Source of the DNA: Cyanobacteriota bacterium
Lineage (GTDB): Bacteria > Cyanobacteriota > Cyanobacteriia > Cyanobacteriales > Nostocaceae
Assembly: GCA_046045965.1 (NCBI GenBank)
Contig: JBJOKS010000005.1
Coordinates: 1-64,000 of the forward strand
DNA: 64,000 nucleotides
Direction: 5' to 3'
The position numbers and the translations under genes are program-made. A model generated the notes under the pieces. It did not search any database. It was not told the origin of the DNA and saw only the letters and a program-made list of their open reading frames with translations. The number at the start of each line of letters is the position of its first letter. The stretch's first letter is position 1. This document shows, one piece after another, positions 48,681 to 59,890 of this stretch.

Positions 48681-50478
48681 TTCTACCAAATCAAATAAAA
48701 ATTCAATTATTACTATGAAGATTTGGCAAAAATTTTTGGTTTCTTCCACAATATTAGCAGGTTTAATCTGTCTGATGGGTAGTAGTGTCTTTCGTCTATA
48801 TCAAGCAGAAATAGCTGCCGAAAAAATTCAGAGAAAAACTGCGGATGCACTCAATATTACTCATGAATTAGAAAAATCTTTAAAAGATCAAGCATTAGCA
48901 CTCAAAGATTTTGTTGTCCTAGATTACAACACTACAAATATGGTGCAATTTCAGAAAGTCAGGTCTGATTTTTTGATTTCACTTAATAACTTAGAATTTG
49001 TGATGGATGCAGTACCAGAATTATCACTGGTGCGTCGTCGTCACGCTTTTTTAACACATTTAGCAAATAGTTTAGATACTACAAATAATTTAGACAAATC
49101 CCAGCAGGATTTACAAGCAATTAACTCTTACGTAAAAGATATTACATTTTATTTATCGATAATTTCTCAGAAAGCTAAAAAACAGAATTATGCAGCTAAT
49201 GAGAGAGTTGATAAAATCAGAAAACTGAATACAAATTTTATGTTTATTGGCATTATTTGTATATTTTTATTATTCTTATTTCAGCTGATACTGATTGTAA
49301 TTCCCGTGATTCACTCACTACATAAACTTCAAATTGGTGTGGCTAAAATTGGTGCAGGAAATTTAAATTATCATTTAGATATTAAAACTAATGATGAAAT
49401 TGAAAGGTTAGCAGATGATTTTAATCAAATGACTGTAAAATTGAGAGATTTTTATTATTCTTTAGAATCTAGAGTTGCTGAAAGAACTTCTGAACTTTTT
49501 GAACTCAATCAAGATTTACAAACCGAAATAGTTGAGAGAAGACAAACAGAAAATTTGCTAACACAATCTCAAATTCAATTAACACAAAAAGCTCAAGAAC
49601 TGGAACAAACTCTCCAAGAACTTCAACAAACTCAAACCCAATTAATTCAAACTGAAAAGATGTCAAGTTTGGGACAGCTAGTTGCTGGTGTAGCTCATGA
49701 AATTAATAATCCTGTTAACTTTATTCATGGCAATATTACACCACTCAATGAATATTTCGAGAATTTGATTAAATTAATAAATTTGTATCAAACCTACTAT
49801 CCCCACGCTGCGGATGAGATTCAATACTACATAGAAGATATAGATTTACCTTTCATGCTTGAAGATACCAGCAAAATATTTTCTTCTTTGGAAGTAGGAA
49901 CTACAAGAATTAGAGAAATTGTTTTGTCTCTCAGAAACTTTTCTCGACTTGATGAAGCAGAAATGAAAGAAGTAAATATTCATGAGGGAATAGATAATAC
50001 ACTTTTAATTCTCCAACATCGAATTAAAGGAAAACCTCAACAAGCTGAAATTGAAGTGATCAAAGATTATGGTGATTTACCCTTGGTTGAATGTTACCCA
50101 GGTCAACTAAATCAAGTATTTATGAATATTATTAGTAATGCTATTGATGCGCTAGAAGAACATAGATATCAAAATTATTTACCAGATGTAAACACTTGTA
50201 ATCATCAAATTTGTATTCACACTAAACTGATTGAAAATGATTGGATAGCTATTCATATTGTAGACAATGGTATGGGAATACCAGCAGAAAGTCGCGATCG
50301 CATATTTGATCCTTTCTTCACAACCAAACCTATTGGGAAAGGAACGGGTTTAGGTTTATCAATCAGTTATCAAATTGTCACTGCAAAACATAAAGGTAAT
50401 CTGCATTATACTACTACACCAGGAAAGGGAACAGAATTTATTATTGAAGTTCCAATTAAGCAACATGATATCAATTAA
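48661..50478 (+). CDS. Membrane HAMP histidine kinase (start may be ATG 48715)
   Basis: Two TMs, HAMP ([13 protein letters not shown]), H-box AHEINNP, DPFFTTK, GTGLGL. Confidence 0.9.
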   Translation: MKKLKNNSTKSNKNSIITMKIWQKFLVSSTILAGLICLMGSSVFRLYQAEIAAEKIQRKTADALNITHELEKSLKDQALALKDFVVLDYNTTNMVQFQKVRSDFLISLNNLEFVMDAVPELSLVRRRHAFLTHLANSLDTTNNLDKSQQDLQAINSYVKDITFYLSIISQKAKKQNYAANERVDKIRKLNTNFMFIGIICIFLLFLFQLILIVIPVIHSLHKLQIGVAKIGAGNLNYHLDIKTNDEIERLADDFNQMTVKLRDFYYSLESRVAERTSELFELNQDLQTEIVERRQTENLLTQSQIQLTQKAQELEQTLQELQQTQTQLIQTEKMSSLGQLVAGVAHEINNPVNFIHGNITPLNEYFENLIKLINLYQTYYPHAADEIQYYIEDIDLPFMLEDTSKIFSSLEVGTTRIREIVLSLRNFSRLDEAEMKEVNIHEGIDNTLLILQHRIKGKPQQAEIEVIKDYGDLPLVECYPGQLNQVFMNIISNAIDALEEHRYQNYLPDVNTCNHQICIHTKLIENDWIAIHIVDNGMGIPAESRDRIFDPFFTTKPIGKGTGLGLSISYQIVTAKHKGNLHYTTTPGKGTEFIIEVPIKQHDIN

Positions 50479-50611
50479 TCATTATTCAGGATTCAACGGT
50501 CAGAATGTTTGGTAAATTGGCAGATTATTAACGTGGTAATTGCTAATAAATAATATACCATATATAATAGAAAAGGAATTAAAGCTTAGTAAATTTACAT
50601 TTTGCATTTTT

Positions 50612-51421
50612 ATGAAACTCAATTTATTAAAACCATTAGCTTTTATTGATTTAGAAACCACAGGAATAGATATAACTAAAGATAGAATTGTGCAAATTGC
50701 TGTCCTCAAAGTATTTCCCGACGGGAGTGAAGAACTCAAATCTCAAATAATTAATCCTACAATTTCTATTCCTCTGACTGTTTCATTAGTACATGGAATT
50801 TATGATGATGATGTTCAAGATGCACCTACCTTTGCTGAAGTTGCTGTTGACTATTTAAATTTTCTTGATAATAGTGACTTAGCTGGTTTCAATTCCAATA
50901 GATTTGATATTCCTCTCATTGTAGAAGAATTTTTACGTGCAGGAATATGTTTTAAATTACCAGGTAGAAATTTAGTAGATGTGCAAACCATTTTTCACAC
51001 AATGGAACGACGCAATTTAAGAGCAGCTTATAGGTTTTATTGTGATCAAGATTTAGAGGGAGCGCATGATGCAGCGGTTGATATTCGTGCTACTTATGAA
51101 GTTCTCAAAGCACAAATTCAACGTTATGAAAATGTAGAATATAGTAATGATGGTTCTCCTGTAACTGTACCAATTAAAAATGATATCAATATTTTAAGTC
51201 AATTGACTACATTTAATTTTTTAGACCCTACAGGTAAACTAATTTATGATGATCAGAAACAAGCAATTTTGTTTAACTTTGGTAAATATAAAGGTAAAAG
51301 TTTGTTAGAGGTTTTTTCCAAAGATCCCGGTTATTATGATTGGATGATAAACAAAGGAGACTTTTCATTATCTACTAAAAAAGTCTTAAAACGAGCTTGG
51401 AAAGCAATTCGTAATTCATAA
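50612..51421 (+). CDS. DEDDh 3'-5' exonuclease (DnaQ-like); likely start ATG 50612
   Basis: DLETTG, FNSNRFD, HDAAVD, C-terminal FGKYKG. Confidence 0.88.
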   Translation: MKLNLLKPLAFIDLETTGIDITKDRIVQIAVLKVFPDGSEELKSQIINPTISIPLTVSLVHGIYDDDVQDAPTFAEVAVDYLNFLDNSDLAGFNSNRFDIPLIVEEFLRAGICFKLPGRNLVDVQTIFHTMERRNLRAAYRFYCDQDLEGAHDAAVDIRATYEVLKAQIQRYENVEYSNDGSPVTVPIKNDINILSQLTTFNFLDPTGKLIYDDQKQAILFNFGKYKGKSLLEVFSKDPGYYDWMINKGDFSLSTKKVLKRAWKAIRNS

Positions 51422-51462
51422 TTTAAAAACTCCTAAACTCCTGATTAATAAAGCGATTATCT

Positions 51463-52209
51463 ATGTCTAAAAACAACCTATTACATATTTTATTGCATCA
51501 TTGGGAAAATACACTTAAACCTTTTAATGTTGACCCAATGATATCAAATAAAGCATTCTTTCAGCTTGTTTCAATTTACTCTCACCCCAGTCGATACTAT
51601 CACTCATTACAACATATTCATTCTGTTCTGACTACAATTGATATTTTAAATGATATTTTAAAACCCTCTGTTCAAGATTTGTCTTCTGTACAACTTGCAG
51701 CTTGGTTTCATGATGTAGTATATAACACTCAGATTCAAGATAATGAAGAAAAAAGTGCTGAATATGCTGCTGAGATGTTGAAAAATTTAGCAATTCCAGT
51801 TAGGAACATTACTAAAATTCAACATCTAATCTTGTGTACTAAAAATCATCAAGCAGATGATATAGATAGTCAAGTTTTACTGGATGCAGATTTAGCAATT
51901 TTAGCTGCTGATGCGGTTCAATATCAAGAATATTCTCAAGCTATTCGTCAAGAATATGCTTGGGTTTCAGAAGCTGAATATATCGCAGGTAGACGAAAAA
52001 TATTAGAAAGCTTTTTGCAGCGTCCATCTATCTATTTTACACCTTTTATGTTAGAATATGCTGAAGAATTAGCTCGGTTAAATATCAGCACAGAATTAAA
52101 AAATCAACTTACATACAGCAGAATATGGCTTACGCCACGCTACGCTATCAGGAGTCAGGAGTCAGGAGTCAGGAGTAAAACTGGCTTTGTGTATAGGTTT
52201 CAATTTTGA
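51463..52209 (+). CDS. HD-superfamily metal-dependent phosphohydrolase; last 31 aa are MITE-derived
   Basis: RYYHSLQH, AAWFHDVVY, NEEKSA, LDADLAIL, IRQEY. Confidence 0.85.
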   Translation: MSKNNLLHILLHHWENTLKPFNVDPMISNKAFFQLVSIYSHPSRYYHSLQHIHSVLTTIDILNDILKPSVQDLSSVQLAAWFHDVVYNTQIQDNEEKSAEYAAEMLKNLAIPVRNITKIQHLILCTKNHQADDIDSQVLLDADLAILAADAVQYQEYSQAIRQEYAWVSEAEYIAGRRKILESFLQRPSIYFTPFMLEYAEELARLNISTELKNQLTYSRIWLTPRYAIRSQESGVRSKTGFVYRFQF

Positions 52210-52241
52210 TGCTGTACCTCATTGATCTGTAATCTGCTATA
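52114..52241 (+). mobile_element. MITE with TA duplication, carrying a 24-nt SDR insert
   Basis: TA-CAGCAGAAT...AATCTGCTA-TA; internal CAGGAGT heptamers; insert ATGGCTTACGCCACGCTACGCTAT at 52125-52148. Confidence 0.75.
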
Positions 52242-52267
52242 ATAACATATATAAAAATATTATTTAT

Positions 52268-53902
52268 ATGGTAATTCTACACACATTATCAGATTTTATT
52301 AACCCAAATATTGCAATTACTCCCACATCTCCCAGCTATTATTATGAGGGAAAATGTCCTCAAACTGGGGAAGTGCTGAAATTACCCCGCACCGCTTTAA
52401 GTGAAGCTATAGCTAAAGGTTTAATGCAACAAATATGTCAAGATCAAATTTATAACCATGAAGGTAAAATGTATGGGATTTTATTAGTTGAATTACCCAA
52501 CGGTGAACAAAGAATTATTAAAGCATTTTCCGGTCTTTTGCATGGTTGTAGTGTAGTAGAAGGTTGGGTGACACCTATTCCCGGACGTGAAGAAGTTGCT
52601 TTAGTAGAAACTCACACTTTAACTGAATTGGAAAAAATTAAACAAGAAATAATTACTCTCAAACAAATTCCAGAAAGAGAAGAATATGCAACTTTAGCTG
52701 CTGAATTTAAACAGCAGTTACAAATAATGAATTTACAACATCATCAAAGTCAACAACAACGACAGGAAAAACGTCAACAATACCAGCAAAACCTCACAGG
52801 AGAAACCCTAGAAATTGCTTTAGCAGAATTAGAAGCCGAAAGCCGTCAGCAGGGAATTGAGAGAAAATATCTCAAACGTTATCAAAATCAAATTCTACAG
52901 CCTTTACAAGAGCTAATCACAGCCGCAGATGACAAAATTAGAGAACTCAAACAACAGCGAAAAGAACTATCAAGACAACTGCAAACACAAATGCACGAAG
53001 CTTATAGATTAACTAATTTTTATGGAAAATCTCTATCTTTACAACAATTACTACCAGGAGGAACACCCACAGGAACAGGGGAATGTTGCGCTCCTAAATT
53101 GTTACATTATGCTGCAACTCATCAATTAAAACCTCTCGCAATGGCAGAATTTTGGTGGGGTGAATCTTCAGTACAGGATAAAATTCAAGGAGAATTTTAC
53201 GGTGCTTGTGTAGAAAGATGTCAACCTTTAATGGGGTTTTTGCTATCAGGTTTAAAAACCAAACTTGCTGATTTTCAAAAGTTAGAAATTATTTATGAAG
53301 ATCAATGGTTAATTGCTGTGAATAAACCTCCAGGATTATTATCTGTACCTGGACGTTATCATTATAATCAAGATAGTGTTCTCAGTCGGTTACGAAATTT
53401 GTATGATCTGGAATTGATGAGTGTACATCGTTTAGATCAAGAAACTTCTGGTATTTTGATCTTAGCACGAGATCAAAGCACCTATTCACAACTAAATCAA
53501 CAATTTGCCAAAGGACAAATACATAAAATTTATGAAGCCGTTCTTGCAGGTTCACTCACCATAAACCAAGGTATAATTGATTTACCATTGTGGGGAAATC
53601 CTGAAAACAGACCTTATCAAAAAGTTGATTTTGAACGAGGTAAACCCAGTGTAACCGAGTTTCGAGTTATCGGAAAACAAGGAAATTACACCCGTGTAGA
53701 ATTTATTCCCCTCACAGGAAGAACCCATCAATTACGAGTTCATGCTGCGGATGTGCGAGGATTGGGAGCAAAAATTTTAGGCGATCGCTTATATGGTTGC
53801 AATGCGGATGCTAGTCGATTACATCTACACGCCAGAGAAATCACTTTTCAACATCCACATTTAGGCGTAAATCTGCATTTACAGACAAAAACACCATTTT
53901 AA
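52268..53902 (+). CDS. RluA-family pseudouridine synthase, long form
   Basis: GKMYGILLV, GECCAPKLL, NKPPGLLSVPG, VHRLDQETSG, TGRTHQLRVH. Confidence 0.92.
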   Translation: MVILHTLSDFINPNIAITPTSPSYYYEGKCPQTGEVLKLPRTALSEAIAKGLMQQICQDQIYNHEGKMYGILLVELPNGEQRIIKAFSGLLHGCSVVEGWVTPIPGREEVALVETHTLTELEKIKQEIITLKQIPEREEYATLAAEFKQQLQIMNLQHHQSQQQRQEKRQQYQQNLTGETLEIALAELEAESRQQGIERKYLKRYQNQILQPLQELITAADDKIRELKQQRKELSRQLQTQMHEAYRLTNFYGKSLSLQQLLPGGTPTGTGECCAPKLLHYAATHQLKPLAMAEFWWGESSVQDKIQGEFYGACVERCQPLMGFLLSGLKTKLADFQKLEIIYEDQWLIAVNKPPGLLSVPGRYHYNQDSVLSRLRNLYDLELMSVHRLDQETSGILILARDQSTYSQLNQQFAKGQIHKIYEAVLAGSLTINQGIIDLPLWGNPENRPYQKVDFERGKPSVTEFRVIGKQGNYTRVEFIPLTGRTHQLRVHAADVRGLGAKILGDRLYGCNADASRLHLHAREITFQHPHLGVNLHLQTKTPF

Positions 53903-53929
53903 TTCGTAATTCATAATTGAGTTATTAAC

Positions 53930-53969
<40 letters not shown>

Positions 53970-54036
53970 TCATTTACGAATGCCACCTTTATCGGTAAAC
54001 TCTTATATTGCATATTCAAAACTGGAGATCAAAACT

Positions 54037-54675
54037 TTGGGCATAGAATTACGCAGTTTCGTATTTCTAGACAATCTGCAACCGCAACACGCCGCATATA
54101 TGGGAACAGTAGCCCAAGGTTTCTTACCATTACCAGGGGATACATCCCTGTGGATTGAAATCTCACCCGGTATCGAAATCAATAAAATTACAGACGTAGC
54201 CCTCAAATCTGCCTCTGTCCGTCCGGGAGTACAGGTAGTAGAAAGGCTGTATGGACTCTTAGAAGTACATTCTGGTTCTCAAGGGGAAACACGAGCCGCA
54301 GGCCAAGCTATTTTAGCCATGCTGGGAGTGAAAAAAGAAGACTGTCTCAAACCCCGTGTGGTTTCTAGCCAGATTATTCGCAACATTGACGCTTACCAAA
54401 CCCAACTCATCAACCGTACCCGTCGCGGACAGCTACTACTCGCAGGACAAACCCTGTACGTTTTAGAAGTTGAACCAGCGGCTTATGCAGCCCTAGCAGC
54501 CAACGAAGCTGAGAAAGCAGCACAAATCAACATTTTAGAGGTGCAAGCTGTAGGCAGCTTTGGCCGACTTTATTTAGGCGGGGAAGAACGGGATATTTTA
54601 GCCGGTGCAGCGGGAGCTTTAGCCGCGATTGAAAATGTACCAGGCCGCACACCACAAAGTCAGCGTCAGGAATAG
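54037..54675 (+). CDS. ccmP: Tandem-BMC carboxysome shell protein CcmP; likely start TTG 54037
   Basis: [50 protein letters not shown] upstream. Confidence 0.85.
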   Translation: MGIELRSFVFLDNLQPQHAAYMGTVAQGFLPLPGDTSLWIEISPGIEINKITDVALKSASVRPGVQVVERLYGLLEVHSGSQGETRAAGQAILAMLGVKKEDCLKPRVVSSQIIRNIDAYQTQLINRTRRGQLLLAGQTLYVLEVEPAAYAALAANEAEKAAQINILEVQAVGSFGRLYLGGEERDILAGAAGALAAIENVPGRTPQSQRQE

Positions 54676-54686
54676 AAGGAGAGAAA

Positions 54687-55493
54687 ATGGCAAGTCGAGA
54701 GCATTTAACTTTACTCCAAGCAGGTGCAGTCACCTGGACAGGATGGAGAAAAGAAAACCCCGAAATTGAAATTGACCTGAGTACCGCTAATTTAGAAGGA
54801 GAAAACTTTCGTGGTGCAAATCTCCAAGGTGTGAATTTAAATAAGGTAAATTTAAGTCACGCTTTGCTAGTGCGAACAAATTTGAGTGGTGCAAATTTAA
54901 GTAGTGCTAATCTGTCTCAAGCCAAGTTGATAGAAGCTAACCTCTCTCAAGCTAATTTGACTATTGCTAATTTACAAGGTGTAATCTTAACACAGGCAAA
55001 TTTAAATCAGGTTATTTTAATTGGTGCTGATTTGAGAGATGCAAATCTCAGAGGTGCAGTTATTACAGATGCTAATTTAATTGGGACTGATTTGAGCTAC
55101 GCTAATTTAAAAGATACCGATTTAGCAGGATCGCAACTCATCCGCAGTAATCTGAGTTTTGCTAATTTGATTGGTGCTAATTTAATTTCTGCTAACTTGA
55201 GTGAAGCCAATTTATATGAAGCCGAAATAATGCAAGCTTACCTTTACCAAGGTAATTTGTATAAGGCTAATTTAACGAAATCACATTTAGGAAGTTCATA
55301 CTTATTTAGAGCTAATTTAATAGAGGCTAATTTAACAAATGCTGATTTAACTTGGGCTAATTTAAAGTATGCAAATTTAGCAGGTGCTAATTTAACAGGT
55401 GCTAACCTCAAGGGTGCGAATTTAACAGGTGCTAACCTCAAGGGTGCGAATTTACAAGATGCAATTATGCCAAGTCTTTTAGAGTGTGATTAG
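54687..55493 (+). CDS. Pentapeptide repeat protein
   Basis: Continuous A(N/D)LxxANL repeats. Confidence 0.92.
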   Translation: MASREHLTLLQAGAVTWTGWRKENPEIEIDLSTANLEGENFRGANLQGVNLNKVNLSHALLVRTNLSGANLSSANLSQAKLIEANLSQANLTIANLQGVILTQANLNQVILIGADLRDANLRGAVITDANLIGTDLSYANLKDTDLAGSQLIRSNLSFANLIGANLISANLSEANLYEAEIMQAYLYQGNLYKANLTKSHLGSSYLFRANLIEANLTNADLTWANLKYANLAGANLTGANLKGANLTGANLKGANLQDAIMPSLLECD

Positions 55494-55684
55494 AATCAGC
55501 AAAGTATATTGCCAGTAACGATAAGTTATTTATATCTAATTTTGGCAAAAAAGATTTTCCTCTACTTTTTAATCAAAATTATTGAGAATTTCTCGCAAAT
55601 ACCCCAACGATTTTACTAGGGTCTTGACTTCTTGACTGGTTATGGTAATATGCTATTTAAATAATCCAAGGGTTTATTATATCT

Positions 55685-55853
55685 AATAGCATTTCTTTAT
55701 GAGGCTGCGCCGAATTTCCTCACCTTGTCTTTCCTTCTCTGCGTCGCGCCAGTTGCTACAAGTCGGGGAACCCGCCCATCGCACTGGCTTCTCTGCGTCT
55801 CTGCGGTTAGTTTATCTTTAAAATTGAGCGCATCTTTATACAGAATTGGTATA
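55685..55853. mobile_element. MITE-like element with a nested hairpin insert
   Basis: Imperfect 26-bp terminal inverted repeats (55685-55710 / 55828-55853); GCCAGT...ACTGGC hairpin (55748-55788) inside CTCTGCGT repeats. Confidence 0.55.
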
Positions 55854-55864
55854 AGTCAGGATTG

Positions 55865-55943
55865 ATGGTTTGCACCACGCTACGCTATCAGACAAAAAAC
55901 CAATCCTAAAAATCCTGATATGGTTTGCATCACGCTACGCTAT
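55865..55943 (+). repeat. Two 24-nt SDR elements
   Basis: ATGGTTTGCACCACGCTACGCTAT (55865-55888) and ATGGTTTGCATCACGCTACGCTAT (55920-55943), each followed by CAGACA. Confidence 0.8.
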
Positions 55944-56058
55944 CAGACAGAAAATAAATAAGAGTTATCCTAAATTAAGTCCTGGTGATAATTACACAAT
56001 ATAAGAGGTAAATATTATCACGATTACTTTGTATCCTAAAATAAAATAGGAGTTCTGG

Positions 56059-59000
56059 ATGCAGAATATTTTAGCTTTTAATTACTATATACCCCACGGA
56101 CATTGCTATTTATGGCAAACTCCCCTGGTAGCATTGCATTTAGTGAGTGATGGGTTAATTGCGATCGCCTATTTTTCCATCCCAGCAATGCTGATCTATT
56201 TTGTCAGCAAGCGCGGTGACATTCCCTTTTCCAAAGTTTTTATATTATTCGGTGCCTTTATTGTCCTCTGTGGTACGGGTCATCTCCTGGATATTTGGAC
56301 ACTATGGCATCCAGATTACTGGGTTACTGGCATTGAAAGGGCTTTCACAGCTTTAGTTTCTTGCTATACAGCCTTACAATTAGTCGAACTGCTGCCACAA
56401 TTTTTATCATTGCGAACACCAGACCAACTAGAAACCATCAACCAGGAATTAGAACAGCAAATAGCAGAACGAGAAAATACAGAAGAAACCCTGAGAATGA
56501 TTGTAGCGGGAACTGCCTCTGTAACTGGTGACGATTTTTTTCCGGCTTTGGTAAAGAACCTAGCCGCAGCTTTAGATGTAAGTTATGTTTTGTTGTCGGA
56601 GAAAGCTGATAGTTCTCTACAAAGCTTGCGAACCCTGGCTATGTGGTCAGTGGATAATTTCTCAGAAAACATTGAATATGATTTAGCTGGTACTCCTTGC
56701 AAAGTTGTAGTTGAGGAGAAATTGCTGTGTTCTTATGAAAATAGCCTACAGGATTTGTTTCCCAATGCCTCATTGCTCCAACAAATTAATGCCCAAAGTT
56801 ATGTAGGTGTACCATTACTGAATCTAAATCAAGAAGTAATTGGTAATCTCTGCATTATTGATGTTAAAACCTTCCACACAGACGAGCGAACCAAAGCACT
56901 TCTGAGCGTCTTCGCTGCTAGAGCTGCTGCTGAACTACAACGTAAATGGGCAGAAGATGAAAAACGCCAAGCTTACGAAGATTTGGAATTTCGAGTTAAG
57001 GAACGCACGACGGCACTTGTAGCTACTAATAAAACCCTAGAAACTGAAATTAGTGAACGTATCGCCGCAGAAGCCTCCATGAGAGTGATGGCAGAAAGGG
57101 AAAAAGCCATCAACGGCATCATTTTACGAATGCGACAGACCCTCAATATAGAATCTATTTTCAATGTCACCACCACAGAATTAAGACAAGCAGTAAGTTG
57201 CGATCGCGTCCTCATATATCGTTTCCAACCAGACTGGAGTGGAGAATTAGTCTCTGAGTCTGTGAGTGAAAATTGGAATATTATACTACCCGCACGGGCA
57301 AATGATCCCAAACTGACCCAGAAAGCTATAGATCGACCGGACTGTGTGACAACTCAACTGAGCAGTGCGGAGATTTTAAGCCGTGATACTTATTTACAGG
57401 ACAATAAAGGCGGGACATTACGCCAAAAAAACAGCTATTGCTGTGTGAGCGACATCTACACCGCAGGATTTGATTCCTGCTATCTTAATCTTTTAGAAGA
57501 ATTACAAGCAAGAGCTTATATTATTACCCCCATCTTTTGTAAACAGCAAATTTGGGGTTTGTTAGCAGTGTATCAAAATGGTGAACCCCGACAATGGCAA
57601 CAAGCAGAAATAGGAATTGTCACCCAAATAGGTAATCAGCTAGGGGTAGCAGTCCAACAAGCAGAACTATTTGCTCAAACTCAGCAACAAGCAGAAGAAC
57701 TCAAAGTAGCTAAAGATGCAGCAGACAAGGCTAACCGGGCAAAAAGTGAGTTTCTAGCGAATATGAGCCATGAACTGCGTACCCCCCTCAACGCTATTCT
57801 GGGTTTTACTCAATTAATGCAGCAGGATCAATCCTTAGCTGTTGGCCATCGCAGGTATATTGAAATCATTAACAACAGTGGTGAACATCTATTATCACTG
57901 ATTAATGATGTACTAGAGATGTCAAAAATCGAAGCTGGAAGAATCACACTCTATGAAACAGACTTTGATTTACACAAATTGCTCTCTAGTTTAGCAGCCA
58001 TGCTGCAACTAAAAACACAATCCAAGGGAATACAACTGACTTTTGATGTAAATCCTTCAGTACCACAGTACATCAAAACCGATGAGAATAAACTGAGTCA
58101 AGTATTAATCAATCTGTTAGGTAATGCCATCAAATTTACTGAACAAGGTAGTGTCACCCTGCGAGTTACAAAAGAGGCAGGGAGCAGAAGCACAGACCAG
58201 GGGGAAAAATATCTATCACCTCTTCAAAGTCCCCAATTCCCAATCACCAATCTTTGGTTTGAAGTTGAAGACACAGGTCCAGGAATTGCCCCAGAAGAAC
58301 TTGGTCATTTATTTCAAGCATTTGAGCAAACACGAGCCGGACAGAAATCTAAACAAGGTACAGGTTTGGGGCTAAAGATTAGTCAGAAGTTTGTAGAGTT
58401 GATGGGCGGTGAAATTGCTGTTAGTAGTAAACTAGGTGAAGGTAGTTGTTTCCGGTTTTACATTCAGGCTGGTTTAGCTCCAGCAATTCCCACTACTAAT
58501 TCATTTACCCCAGATGATGTAGTTAGCATTGTTCCGGGGCAGAAATATCGAATTTTGATTGTTGAAGATAATGGTACTAACCGATTGCTACTAAGTAAAA
58601 TTCTCAAAGATATCGGGCTGGAAGTGCAGGAAGCTGAAAACGGACAAATTGCGATCGCTCTCTGGCAGCAATGGCAACCTCACCTCATTTTTATGGATAT
58701 GCAAATGCCGATCCTCGATGGTTATGCCGCTACTCGACAAATTCGCCTTTGGGAACAAGAACGGGAACAAGAATTAGCACCAGGGCAAATTTCCCACACC
58801 ACAAAAATTATCGCCTTGACTGCCAGCGCCTTTGCTGAACAGCGAGAGGACAGCTTGGCCGCAGGTTGTGACGACTTTGTTAGCAAACCATTCCGCAGAG
58901 AAGAAATTTTAGCAACTTTGTCTCACCATTTACAAATAAAATACTTGCATAAACCAACTGCCACAAATCAGATCACCCCTAACTCATTAGAACACCAACC

Positions 59001-59211
59001 AGAGTTTATTCTTGATACCCATGCCTTGGATATTATGCCAGATGAATGGATCGCTCAATTATATTTCGCCGCAGCCCAAGGAAACGATACCAGATGTCTT
59101 CACCTCATTGAGCAAATCCCACCGGAACATACTTTGTTAATTGCAGCTTTAAACATATTGATTGAAACCTATCAGTTTGACCACTTGATGCAACTAACTC
59201 AACCAAAATAA
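56059..59211 (+). CDS. Hybrid histidine kinase: ethylene-binding TM domain, GAF, cyanobacteriochrome GAF, HisKA/HATPase, receiver
   Basis: SDGLIAIAYFSIP..FGAFIVLCGTGHL; DRVLIYRF..DTYLQ..DSCY; MSHELRTPLN; GTGLGL; FMDMQMP. Confidence 0.9.
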   Translation: MQNILAFNYYIPHGHCYLWQTPLVALHLVSDGLIAIAYFSIPAMLIYFVSKRGDIPFSKVFILFGAFIVLCGTGHLLDIWTLWHPDYWVTGIERAFTALVSCYTALQLVELLPQFLSLRTPDQLETINQELEQQIAERENTEETLRMIVAGTASVTGDDFFPALVKNLAAALDVSYVLLSEKADSSLQSLRTLAMWSVDNFSENIEYDLAGTPCKVVVEEKLLCSYENSLQDLFPNASLLQQINAQSYVGVPLLNLNQEVIGNLCIIDVKTFHTDERTKALLSVFAARAAAELQRKWAEDEKRQAYEDLEFRVKERTTALVATNKTLETEISERIAAEASMRVMAEREKAINGIILRMRQTLNIESIFNVTTTELRQAVSCDRVLIYRFQPDWSGELVSESVSENWNIILPARANDPKLTQKAIDRPDCVTTQLSSAEILSRDTYLQDNKGGTLRQKNSYCCVSDIYTAGFDSCYLNLLEELQARAYIITPIFCKQQIWGLLAVYQNGEPRQWQQAEIGIVTQIGNQLGVAVQQAELFAQTQQQAEELKVAKDAADKANRAKSEFLANMSHELRTPLNAILGFTQLMQQDQSLAVGHRRYIEIINNSGEHLLSLINDVLEMSKIEAGRITLYETDFDLHKLLSSLAAMLQLKTQSKGIQLTFDVNPSVPQYIKTDENKLSQVLINLLGNAIKFTEQGSVTLRVTKEAGSRSTDQGEKYLSPLQSPQFPITNLWFEVEDTGPGIAPEELGHLFQAFEQTRAGQKSKQGTGLGLKISQKFVELMGGEIAVSSKLGEGSCFRFYIQAGLAPAIPTTNSFTPDDVVSIVPGQKYRILIVEDNGTNRLLLSKILKDIGLEVQEAENGQIAIALWQQWQPHLIFMDMQMPILDGYAATRQIRLWEQEREQELAPGQISHTTKIIALTASAFAEQREDSLAAGCDDFVSKPFRREEILATLSHHLQIKYLHKPTATNQITPNSLEHQPEFILDTHALDIMPDEWIAQLYFAAAQGNDTRCLHLIEQIPPEHTLLIAALNILIETYQFDHLMQLTQPK

Positions 59212-59398
59212 ACAGGTTACAGGCTTCGCCGTGAGCGTTAGCCATACGGTTACAGTTATCAGTTAAGTGGGTAGGAACAGTTAAACATAATTATGTGAAG
59301 AAAAATTAACGAAGCTCAAACCCTCTTCCCTCCTGCCTCCTGCCTCCTGCCTCCTGCCCCCTGCCTCCTGCCCCCTGCACCCTACCCTCACCAAATTC

Positions 59399-59890
59399 AT
59401 GAATAATCACAGTACATCAGCGCAAATTTCCCCACCAGCTATTCAAACTAATATTCTGGTTGTTGATGATCTTCTAGAAAATGTTCGTCTCCTCTCTAGC
59501 ATTTTGGAGCGTCATGGATACCAAACCCGTAAAGCAATTAGTGGGGAAATGACTCTAACTACTGTGCAAGCATCTCCACCCAGTCTAATTTTGTTAGATA
59601 TCAGAATGCCTGGTATGAGTGGCTATGAAGTTTGTCAACTATTAAAATCAAACCCGAAAACTGCCCATATTCCCATCATTTTCTTAAGTGCATCTGAGGA
59701 TATTGCTGATAAAGTACAAGCTTTTCAAGTAGGTGGTGCAGACTATATTACTAAGCCATTTTATATAGAAGAAGTTTTGGCACGGGTTGAACATCAGTTA
59801 ACCATTATTCAAGCTCGACAAACAATTTGTGATCTAAATGCAAAGCTGGAAGAACTTACCAATTTGCTCAACTCAAACTTATGCAGTTAA
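59399..59890 (+). CDS. Response regulator (receiver plus short coiled coil)
   Basis: ILVVDD, LLDIRMP, FLSA, YITKPF. Confidence 0.9.
   Translation: MNNHSTSAQISPPAIQTNILVVDDLLENVRLLSSILERHGYQTRKAISGEMTLTTVQASPPSLILLDIRMPGMSGYEVCQLLKSNPKTAHIPIIFLSASEDIADKVQAFQVGGADYITKPFYIEEVLARVEHQLTIIQARQTICDLNAKLEELTNLLNSNLCS

Noticed and set aside
54037..54675. Novel metabolosome locus around the BMC gene
   Set aside because: Sequence fits CcmP, which normally lies apart from the main ccm operon; no signature enzymes are adjacent
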